In this document: positions 12,601 through 24,600 of the stretch, piece after piece | Numbering within the stretch: position 1 is the first letter of the stretch | Layout: the number at the start of each line of letters is the position of its first letter | NCBI GenBank assembly: GCA_965202585.1 | Contig: CBDBBG010000166.1 | Coordinates: 1-64,000 of the forward strand | Reading direction: 5' to 3' | Length of the DNA: 64,000 bases | Origin: Thalia democratica | Taxonomy: Eukaryota | Notes under the pieces: model-generated | Databases searched by the model: none | What the model saw: the letters and a program-made list of their open reading frames with translations, nothing else | Told to the model about the DNA's origin: nothing | Made by a program: the position numbers and the translations under genes

Positions 12601-15600
12601 GGTGACGTTGAAACCGGGAGTTATCGCTCTCTGGACGGCCGGCACCTGCATTGTGTAGGTGGTGATGTCCCTGTCCAGGAAGTGGTCGTAGCAGTGGCAC
12701 ATGGTGGAGCCCTGGCCCGTGTAGGTCATGTAAAAGTGGCCAGTCGAGGACAAGCTACCTAATCTGTCCACGTTCGCCGATTTCATGGTGACGTGGTGGA
12801 CTTTGTTGAAGTTTTTCAACGTGTTGGTGGTCACCAACTTGCTACTTAAACTACTAGTAACTACTTACGTGAATAGAGAAGACACAGTTTCCCGAATTCG
12901 TTTTATTTTTCATTGTGACGTCATACACACGATAACAGAGCAGCGATTGATACAGCCATGGGGGAAGCAGCAAAGAAACATGTAAAAAAAAAGTTATAGT
13001 AAGTAGAAGGAAAAAAGGTTTTTTATATAAGGCATGCTAAATAAAAACTATGAAAAGTTTTGAAAAAAAAGATTTGTGTTAGATTTTTTCTAAGAAAAAA
13101 TGACTGTATCAAATCGCGCTACACAAACAAAAAAAATTTTAAATAAATACGGATATTAATTTGCTGCCAAAACAATTCTTAAAACACAAATCAGATTCAA
13201 AGTCTTAAAACGAAAATTTTAAGCAGCTGCAGCGGCGGACAAGTAGTTGACAAGGAATTTACCTTCCGTCTCCCTTCGCCTCCTTCGCCTCGTGTCCTCC
13301 CTGGCAACGACGTTGGTGGCGCTGACGACGCGCCCCAGCTTGTTGCTGGCCACGCACTCGTACAACCCGACGTCCTGCTCCTGCAGCTGGGACACCACCA
13401 GGCACGAGGTGTACTCGTGGTCCCTCACCTCGTACGAGAACCTCCTCCGCATGTCGATTTTCCCGCCACTTTGGTACGGACGGATCGGCTGCCCGTCCTT
13501 GTACCACGCAACCTGCGGGTCGGGGCACGCGGCAAACTTGACCCTCAACCGGGTTTCCCCGTTCTCGGGATCGACCCGCATCTTTTCGACGACGGTGGGC
13601 GAGAACTCGACTTCCAGAACTGGTACGGGGACTTTTATCTCGTAGGGAGTGCGCGACTCGAACCTTTCGATTTGCGTCACAAAAGCCCTGCTTCTGCTTG
13701 TCTAGCTTCAGTTTTCTGAAATGTTGAAAACAAAGTGAGTTTTTGTTGAAGAGTTTGTAAATTTCAAGGCATTCCGAATGATTTCAAACTCACAACAAGC
13801 TTTGAGTTTAGTATGACGAAACCCACTGTTTATGAAAATCCAATCTGATGACTTTTGTTATTGTTAACATGGCAATATATTAAAAATCCAACCTACTGAA
13901 CAAACGACGAACTGCACCAGAAAAGTATGATGTAAGCAAAAAAAAACATACTTTGAAATAAATCTCAACCAAAACAAACACTTCATGATGACAATTGCAG
14001 ATTATTTTACCTGTAACTTTCAAGTCGGTGCTGCTGATTGCTTCGCCGCAGCTGTTCGAAGCGTGGCACCTCACTTCGCCTGAGTCTTGCACCCTGGAAG
14101 ACTCTATAACCAACCAGCATTGGCCTGTGCTACTCAACCGCCCGCACTGTGATGAATTAGAACAAAGTTAGAACTGCTTCTTACAATGTTGACTTTACGT
14201 TCAAATTATTTTCGTTCTTTAAGTTTTAGGTATGTCTACGACACAGACCTTGTTTCTGTTTGTTATGTCCTCGCCATTCAGAAACCACCTGACACCGAGC
14301 CGGTCTCCTTCTATGACGCAGCTCATTCTGACTATGCTGCCCTCTATGACGTGCAAAGGCTGCAACGGGCTCAAAACTTTTGGCGGCAAAACTGGAATAA
14401 TTAGGTTGTTTATGAATTTCTTCTTAACATGTTGAATGATATGAAATGCTGAACAAACTGATGGCGATGTGATTGTCTCTTTATTTCAAAAAGCAAAAAA
14501 AAAAGAGTTCTTTTTTTTATCTTAGCTTCTGCTTAATTTTCAAATAAATTGGCAAATACATGGCTCCCTCCAATAAAATGTATCAAAAAGCTAATTTTGC
14601 TAGCAAAATAAAATGTTTAAACTTTAAAAAAATTTATCGTATGAAGACGTATGAATTTAAACGTATGAAGACGCAATAGTTTCATTATTTAGATCTAAAA
14701 CAAGTTTAAATTATAAGTTCTTTTTTTTAACTGTGAACTACGATCATGACTAACTTTCTTTATCTTATTAAACAAATGAAAACACACAAATGAAACTGAT
14801 TTCTGTTTTTTTTTCTAAAATAATAAATTCAAAAACAAAAAAGGGAACAAAATTCTAACTGAAACGAACACTCTGAATGATTTCAATGAAGTCAACCAAA
14901 ACACAAACAAGCCTCATTTTACGAGCTTACTTTCGATGTCGAGTTTGGCCTGCGAAACGTTTGTTTACCGAGTTTGAAACAATGCACTCGTAAGTGCCTT
15001 CGTCTTCCTCCCTGACCTCGGCAATTTCAAGCTGAAGCTTGCAACCGATGGCGGTGATCTTGTAATTTCACCGTTCTTTACTTCAACATCGTTTCGTCGC
15101 CACACGACTGTAGGATCTGATTGAAAGCAACATGAAGGGATGTTAGAAATACTTTAGCACTTGATTATAGAACATAGCTATTTAAACTATAAATAAAAAC
15201 AGTTTTAATTAGTGATTACGTAAAATACGTTTATCCAAAAAAGAAAATTAGTTTAGTAAAATTTTATATGTAGTAAAAAATGCATTAGTAAAAATATTGT
15301 TTTCTACTAAGTGTTTGTTTAGCTTAAAAGTTTTTATTTCAATAGAATTTGAAACTCAGTCTTACTCGTTCCTGCAATTTCACAAGTAAATCTAGCGGTC
15401 TGTCCTTTCTTGGCGTGGAAGTCTTGAAGAGGCTGGACGATTTGGACAGCTTCCTCTTCTTCCCTTTCCAAGATTTGCTACCCTCAACATGTTTGACTTT
15501 TTCTACTTGTTCTTCGTTTTGTTCCACTTCCTCGGTTTCTTCTTTCTTCTTGTTCAGCTGTATTGAAATAAAACACGTCAGCAATTGTTTGTAATTGTTT

Positions 15601-18600
15601 TCAAAAAATTCTTAATCGGTCTACAAAGTTTCTTATAGAATAGAAAATTAATGCTTAAAACTTTAATAAAATTAATTAGACAGCTGAATACAAAGCCACA
15701 TCAAGCACCTTCGTAACTTCTGCATAAAGCTTTTTACCGCTCCAAAAACATAGCTTTATGCAAAAAACATAACAAATAAACTTTTCGAAACTCACATTCA
15801 GTAGTAAATAGCAGTCCGGACGACCTGAAGCTTCCGTACTTGTTGGATGCCTCGCAGGTGAACTTCCCGATGTCCTGGTTGCAGATGTCGGCATCCACCA
15901 GCGTGAACTGCTCGTCCTTTGCTTCAATCTTGTACTTTTCCCCTGAAAGTTACCAGTTAGTACAAAAGTTTATGCGTCAGTAAAAGCACATTATTTCAGA
16001 GTTGTTAATCCTAACGCAACGATGTTTGAATTACGTGTAGTTTTAAACTTTATTCACTTTACGACATTTTACCGCAAAAACAGCTCCTTAGAAAAAAAAT
16101 GAAACAATTCACACACAAGAACAATGGCTGTAAATAAGCGAGACAAAGATTAAGTATACTAACAAAACTCGCTAAAAATTTTCTCTGATAACTTATAAAT
16201 AAAAAAAGAGAACAAAGTTTAACAAGCTCAATTATGTAGCATAAAAGTTTATTTCTGTTCAATTTAAAACCGCACCTTCGACTATCTCACTCCCGTTGAA
16301 CGACCACTTTACTTGTGGCAGCGGCCTTCCATTGACCCTGACGCTGAAACGGGCTTCCTGTCCGCACTCCACTATGCAGTCGCGCATCTCTTGCGAGAAA
16401 CTCGGCTCTTCGGGCGCTGTTTCATGATTTTTTTTTACTATACCTTTATTACGTAGAGAGAGAGCAAATTAAATAATACTAGACATGTTTACAATTAGAG
16501 TTTATTTCAATGAACCAACTTTGCACGTAAACAAAAGACTTCATTGATGTTCCGTCGACATCGAACTTGTATTCTCCAGAGTCGTTGAAGTGTGTGTTTT
16601 CAATGATCAGCTTGTGTTTCGTTCCGTCAACTATATACTTGAATCTAATAAGAAATTCACATAAGTTAAGTAACTTATAAAACTATGGATAGAATTTTAT
16701 TTAAAGATAATTAAAATCGAATTAATTGTTAAAGATTGTTAGTCTTTCGAACATTTTTTATTTCACATAGGTTCTAGTTAATAAATATATGACAAAAATT
16801 TGTATTAAAATGAAAAGAAATTAAGGTTTGTTCTAATGAATATGTGAATTTTATAAGGCGTTATTGTTTCAGTTAAACTTAGTATTTCAAGCTACAAACC
16901 TTTCATCTTTGTTAATGTCAATTACTTTTCCATTATGTGACCATTCAGCCACAATATCCGGCTTGCTAATCATAAATTCAAGAACAGCTTTCTCATTTTC
17001 TAAAACTTCAACGTCTTCCATTGACTTTAAAATATCAATATGACTGCCTATAAAGTTGATAACTTTGTTCATAAAATTAGTCTTTGTACTCTTTTAAATT
17101 AAGAGTTACCCCATAAAGTTTTAAACATTTTGTTAGCTCTTCATTTTTTTTTAGTACAGCAAAGTTTATTTTCTTCTTCACATGTAAATTATAACTTAAT
17201 ATTTTTCAGTAGTCTAATAAGTTGTACTTGAATACATTGTTGAGTTATACGATTAAAGAAGATAACTTATGATATAATGAAATACAATGGAAATAAAAAT
17301 CAAAAGAAATATAAAAAGAATAAAAAGTTAAGTTAAATTACTTAGAAGTGCTATCCAAACAAAAATTTTATTATTGCTACTGCTTGAACTTAACAAAGCA
17401 GTATATTTTATTAATTTTTCTAACAGAGGCTAAATTTGAATAACCTGTTTCTAAAAAAAATTTCCTTTAAAGCTAAAGGACCTCCTTCAGACTTTTACAC
17501 TTGCTAAAACAACTAGGCGCAGATTGCAACTAAATTATAAGTAACTCAAATTTGATTTTAAAACACTGATGATAAGGTATATAACCAGATGAAATAGTAT
17601 ACAAGTAGAAAAAAATTATCAAAACACAAACTTGTGACGTTGAGCCGGCAGGTGGTGAACTTGCTGCCGGCCACCGCCGTGTAAACCCCGCTGTGCGCCT
17701 TCCGCGGCTCCCTCACCCTCAGCACGTGGGTGTTTCCCCGCCTGAAGGAAGTGTAACGCCCCCCGGTGGTGGCGATGCTCTTTTCGCCCTTCTTCCAACT
17801 GACGGTGACGTCATCGCAATCGATCTCGCACGAGATGTCCACCTCGCGCGTCGACTCGTCACACTTGACTGATTTCGGGAGCTCCGAAGTGAACCTGACA
17901 GCTGAAAAGGAAAACAAGGGAGGTTTGTTTGGTTCGTATATGAAACAAAATCCTAGCGCCTTATGCTATTTAAAACAGCTATTGGTATAGATCAAGTTTA
18001 TTAAAGATTTTATGATTTGTATTGACGCAATTCTAAGTATTAAATTTTGTACTAAATCATGTGTATTTTAACATTATCATTTATTCCTTTTTTATACAAA
18101 AGTTTCAAAAAACAGACTATGCATAAATCAAACAACCGTAGTATGTAATTTATAAAAAAATAATTAGACAACAATACGTGACAAATAACAGTTTTGAAAC
18201 TTACGAGATACACACAATCTGGCGGCACACTCATCAACTCCGTCCAAAACCTGACACTTGTACAATCCGGCATCGCCGTCTCCGCAACTTTTAATTTCCA
18301 ACTTCCGGACTTTCCCTTCGTTCGAAATGCGAATGTTGCTCGTCGGCTTTTGAGATAAATACAAGTTTAAAAATATACAACTGTTTTTGTTAGTTTTAAC
18401 AACAAACAGCTTGAAACAACAAAAACAAGCGATTGCCTTGTTAATTAAACCAACTTGAGTAGTAAATAATAAAACGTATTGACTTGAAGTAATGTAGACA
18501 GTAACATGTAAATAATTTTCCAGAAATACTAAAAAAATTGTTTTAAAAACCTTTTTCTTTATATAAAATTTTTTTCTATTATATTTCATTGATTGAAATT

Positions 18601-21600
18601 TTTTACTAGGGTGTTTAAATTTTAAACAATCTCACAGTAACGATCCGATCGTCCTTCAACCACGTGCACACTCCGGAATCCTCCACCGAGAGCTCCACTT
18701 CGAACGACGTGCCGTGAGTCTCCTTCACCCTCTGTTCGGTGAATCCCCTCGTCACCTTCACCTCTTCCACGTGAACCCGCATCGACGTCTGCTTGCTGCC
18801 CACCTTGAACGTGTACTCGCCCCCGTCGCTCGGCGTCGCCCCGCGCACTTTCAGCGAGTGCTGCGCCCCTCTTTGCGTGACCTGCGTTTCGGTTGTTTTT
18901 GTTGCGTGTTTGTAAGTTTTATTGTAATAATTACAAATCATTTTTTTAAAGCCTATGCGTGGTTTAAGCCTTCGGAAAAATGAAAAAAAAAACATCAAAA
19001 GAAAAGTTGAAACGAGGAAAATTTCAGAATTGATTTTCGAAGTGTTTTGAGAAATCTAACCAAATTAAAACTAAAGTAAAAAAAAAAACTTCTACGTTCT
19101 TATGATTAAATTTGTTCTATCATAACTAAAACACGGTTAGTTATAAGTATGGTTTACCGTAGTTCTTTGCGAGTTCTTCACTTCGGTTCCGTTGTGCATC
19201 CACCTTCCGGTTACTTGCGATTTGCTGGTCTCCGTGATCATCTCGAAATCTTTCGATTGCACGACTCGCCGGCTCCCGTGCAGCTTCTTCGTTATTTCCA
19301 CCTCTGATTTTCGAGAGTTTCAGATTAAAGCTACGTGTTGTTTGGCTCCATTTTTTGGTTGTAGTTTTATTTTTTACGTTAATTAAAAAAAAGAAATATT
19401 TTAGTAGTGTAACAATCAAATTAAAAGTTAATTCATTTATTAGAGAAATATTAATCATTTAAACAACTGACCATTTTTAATGTTTTTTGATAATTTTAAT
19501 AATCCGAAAAAAACACAAACTTTCAACAAAAAGCCGAGCGCTGGTCTGCGTGGATCCGGCGAAGCAGCTGTACACCCCCTCGTCCGCCTTCCCGCAGTCT
19601 TTCACCACCAGGTGGTGCATGCCGCTGCCCGAGTCGCTGATGAGCAATTTCCTCTGGTCTTCCCGCAGCACGCGCTCGTTCTTCTCCCACCGCACTCCGG
19701 GCGGGTAATCCCCCTCGCGCAGCATCGCCTCGAACACCGCGTCGCCACCCTCCGCCACCGTCACGTTCTTCAGCCCCAAGCTGAACCGGGGGCCTGTTTT
19801 ATTATTATTTAGACTGTTAAGTGAATATATGCGTATTTTTTGTGTTCAGCTGTGAAATAAATCTCGTGACTTTTCCATCAGTGTTAAAGCTTTTTGATTA
19901 CGAAAAATATTGAAAATAGTTAATAACGAAAGATTGTCAAACTAGAAAAAATATTACTTTGGCTTTATTTTGTTATGAAAATAGCACTTTGCCGTTATTT
20001 TTATAATTTCAACTACAGCTCAATATTTCTCAAACTAGAATCTATGCCTCGTTCACACAATATTTTTTATTGCAAGGTTCACTCACTGATGACGGTTACT
20101 TTGGCGGTGGTGGTGGTCCTTCCCACCTTGAACGAGTAGACCCCCGCGTCCCTCGCCGTCACCTCCGCCATCACCAGCCTCCGCACCCTGCCGCTTTCCA
20201 CCACCCTCACCATCTCGCCCTCCCGCACCCGCTTGCCGTCCTTCAGCCACGCGCCGGTGACGTCGTCGTTCGCCAGGTGGCACTCGAGAGTCGCCCCCTC
20301 GCACTCCAGGATGTCAATATCATGCAGCGGTTTCACGATTCCCGCTCCTGAGAGTTTGTTGAAAAATTTTGTAAATGTTTTGCTTGGATTTTTACTTTCA
20401 AATTTAATTATTTCAACGTGTGTGCTTTTTTCTGTATTTTAGATAGACTCACGATTGCCGCTCCTTGAAAATTTTAAAACATTTGTAATTTTTAATTTAG
20501 TTTGGTTAAGGTTTAAATTTTTACACACTCTTGTTTACATGTCTTGTACTGTTATCACAATATGTTGATGAAAACTGACAAAATTAATTCTTATTTAAAC
20601 GTTCACTTGTACACGCTAATAAAAATAACCAAAGGAGATTTTTTTTCGTTTCATCTTTAACATGCTTTTTACTTTAGTTGAAAAATATATGCAATCCAAC
20701 CATGATAAAAAGATAATGATTAAAAATCAACAATTATTTTTCTTTCAGTTATCAATTTATTTTTATTTTTACAATACTAAACACAATCCAACCTTTAACT
20801 TGCAGGTTGCAGACGCTCGTCTTGCTCCCGCACGTCAGCTTGTACTCGCCCTGGTGATCGACGTTCAGTGAGCTGATGAACAGCTTGCAAGTTCCTCCCT
20901 CCTTGGTCATCTTGATGCTCGACGATTTCTCCTGTTTTCATAATTAACTTTATTGTTAGCAAGCAGTTTAACAAAGAGGTTTTTAAGAAAAAAAAATCTA
21001 AGAAGCACTATCCTTTTATAGTTTACAGACCAAAATAGTTTTGCTTCATACTAAAACGAACGCGTTGAATAACAAATATTTTTGTGGTTTATCCAAAAGT
21101 AATTTTGGTACAAATTCTACAGATTGCACAATAAAACAACAGTACAAACATTATTTGCAAACAACAGTAACTTCACAAACCGAAATAACTCTGTCGTCTT
21201 TGGTCCACACCGCCCGCACCTCGCTCTCCGAAACGTCCACGCGCAGCGTCACGGGGTTCGTCTCGTGCGCTGTGACGTCACACAGCTCGTTGGCGAGGCT
21301 CACCTCCCTCACGCTCAGCTCGGCGTTGGTGCGTAGCGAGCAGCTCTTGCCCTGGAACGAGTACCTGCCCGCGTCCGACGGCACCACGTTCCGCACCACC
21401 AGCACCTGCTTGCTTCCGATGGTCTGCACGTTGAACTTGGCCGAGTCCGACTCGCCCACGCTGAAGCCGGGCAGCGTTTGCAGCGGCTGGTCGTTGTAGA
21501 GCCACGCGCCCTGCGTGTACGCCTGCCGGTTGACGTTGCACTCGAACACGGCCGAGTTGGACTCGGTGACGGTGACGGATTTCAGGTGGGTCGTGATCAG

Positions 21601-24600
21601 GAAGTCTGTGTGGGTTTTCTATTTTTTAAATATCACCTTTTAAATTTAAAGTTTAAAAAAAATGAATTTATTCTTTCAAAAATTTATTTTACAAACTAAG
21701 TTTTGGTCAAAGACCTCGTCAGTGCTTAAATAAATGTTTTCTTTAAACCAAAACATATAACAGTGTTTTAAAAAAAGGTTATTTGAAATTTTCAGTTGTT
21801 CCCGTCAGTGTTTCGCAGGTAAACTGCAACACTTATTTTCTTTAATAAATAGAAACAGTGCTACGGATTTCAGATAAAAAGTTTCACGTGTTAACCTTTC
21901 ACAGTCAGCTGGCAGGTTGTTTCAGCGTTTCCGGTTCTGAACGTGTAAGTTCCTGAATCCTTCAGTTCGCACTCGGATATTGTTAGGATGTGCTCTCGTC
22001 TGTCCAGCACCATCTGGTGACGATCGAACCTGTGTGATGAAAATCGTTTGCTAATTTGACTGTTTTACCAAACAACAGAAGCATTAAGTTCATGACTACT
22101 TTTTTTTCAGCAGAACTACTATAAATTAAATTTTTGTCAACTTAGAAATTTTAAATGGCATGGCTTCCAGTATTTTAATCGTAAATTAGTACGATACTGA
22201 TGATTTAAGTGCAAAAAAAAATATTTTAGTACCCTTAGATCTAAGCAGTTTTTACTTATAAAGACTCTGCTTTTAAAACAAAATCTTATTTTGCCGCAAA
22301 TTTGCAGCCAAAATTTTATCTCGTTGAAGCCACAAACCTCTCGGACTGCTTGATGAACACGCCATCGTGGTACCAGAGACCCATGACGGTCCTTGTTTAT
22401 TTTGCACTTCAGCTTCACCGTGTCTCCCTCGTACATCGTCGTGTTGGTCATCGGTTGCAAGATTCCGACGTTTTGCGCTGAAAATCGAAAAGTCAGAAAT
22501 GTTTGTTAGAAATTTATTTCGTATTTAAACAACTGGTAAAGTTTCAACAAAGAGTTATATATTAAATATAAAACTAAATTAGCCTAGGTTTAGCAAAAAT
22601 ATACATTTCTTGGCAAATTTTGATTTTTAAAGGCAAATTAAATTAAAAAATTTTTTTTTTTTTTTGTTTAAACTGCAAACTTGCAACTTGCAGTCTGCAT
22701 CTGGAGATGTTCTTTCCGTAAACAAACTCAACGTGACCATCGTCCTGGGGCTGAGCGCAAGTTATGATCAACTTGCGCTTGTTCAAGAAGCACTCCTCGA
22801 CAAACCTGTCTTCTTTCTGTGGGAGGAACAAAAAAGTATTAAGACTACATGTTAAATTTAAGTTACTCTATATCATTTACTGTAGTTAAGACAAAATATC
22901 AAAGAAAAAAAATCATAAAGGGTAAAAAATGTTTCAAAAAAACAATGTTTATAACTTTCATGTAGTAAAACAAACTCTAATGGTTTTATGGCAACGTTTA
23001 AATCAGTATTTTCATTGTATTAATTCAAATTCTAGGTAAAAGCAACATTTTTACGGCTGTTTTTGTTTGACGTTTCTTTTCATACCTGCACAGGTTGTCC
23101 GTTAATGAGCCACTGTCCTTGCACCTCGTTGTGAGAAACAGTTGTTTGTATCACCGCCATTTCTCCCATGTCCGCCTTGCTGTCCTGCAACTCTTCCATG
23201 ATCGCCTTCTGTCTCGCTGTAAGGTTGATAGAAAGCTTTATTAATTTGATTATATTAAAACAATTTTTAAAACTGTTTATATTAAGTGAGGTTTGACTAA
23301 ACATTGTTAACTTTTTAGACAATTCTAATATAAAACTTTGCACCTTCGCTATGACAAATAATCCACTTAGTTGTATGGCCAACTAAACTGTTCGTAAAAA
23401 AATTGTAAGCTTTAAATTATTTTTTGATTAAAAATAATCGACAACTCAACGAATACTCTTATTTCAATAGAGAACTATTTCCTAATAATTTTCTCACTTG
23501 AACTTGTTTAGATCTGACAGCTAAGATCAAAAGCACAAAACAAACAAAATCCCACCTGCCACCCTGACTTCGGCCGAGGTGAAAGCCCTCCTCCCGTTCC
23601 CGTCCTCGATCTGGCACGAGTACACCCCCGAGTCCTCGCACCTCACGTCGGACACCCTCAGGTAGAACGAGTCCTCGTCCCTCCTCACCTGGTACTTGTC
23701 CCCGTTCTCTATGACGTCATCGCCCACCCGCCACGTCACGCTCGAGACGTCGGCGCGGGAGGAGCACTCGAGCATGACGGACCGGTCGAACTCGGTCGCC
23801 ATGCGGTTCCGCAGGTTCTTCGAGAACAGGAGCGGCTTCTCTTTGGTTTCTGAAGTTATAAAAATTAAAGTGGAAAAGTTAAATATTTTTCGGATATTTA
23901 TTTTTTTTACGGGGCAGATTTTTTTCTATTGACAATTAAAATATTAAGCAGTTAGTATGTAGATGTGTAATGATAGTAAAAGACTTGAACAAAAAATTAG
24001 CTAGATTACGTCAACAGTATTTTTAAGATTTTGATCTATTAAACTGTTGAAAAAATCGACTTCATAAAAGTGTTACTTCTGTTTGTTGTTTTTATTCGTT
24101 GTTTTTTATAGCAAAACATATACGAATGCATTTTAACAACTTTGTATAGTAATGTAAGATTATGCAAAGACGCTTACCTTTTACAACAAGGAACGCTTGG
24201 CTCCCGGCCTTTCCAGCAGGATTCATGAGTTTGACCGAGTAAGCTCCGGCGTCTTCCGCGCACACATTCCTTATCAAAAGCTCGCACACATCCCTCTGTT
24301 AACAGCATGTTGCGTTATAAAATACTGTTGCTTTATTTTAAAGCGTTTCGTTTGATGTTAACTGCTTTGTAAGAAAATGACAAAGATTGTTCGTCTTATA
24401 AAGAAAACAACGGAAGTTATAAGCGTAAAGGTGTATTCAAAATTTTTTGTTTTGAAAAATATATACTTTAAATAATAAGACACAACATATCAACATAAAA
24501 AATCACCAAAAACGAAAAACAAGTAACATGTTTGTGTAGGAAAAAATGAAACTAAACAGTACTATTAACTTTGGTAAGAAGCATACTAAAATATCAGAAA

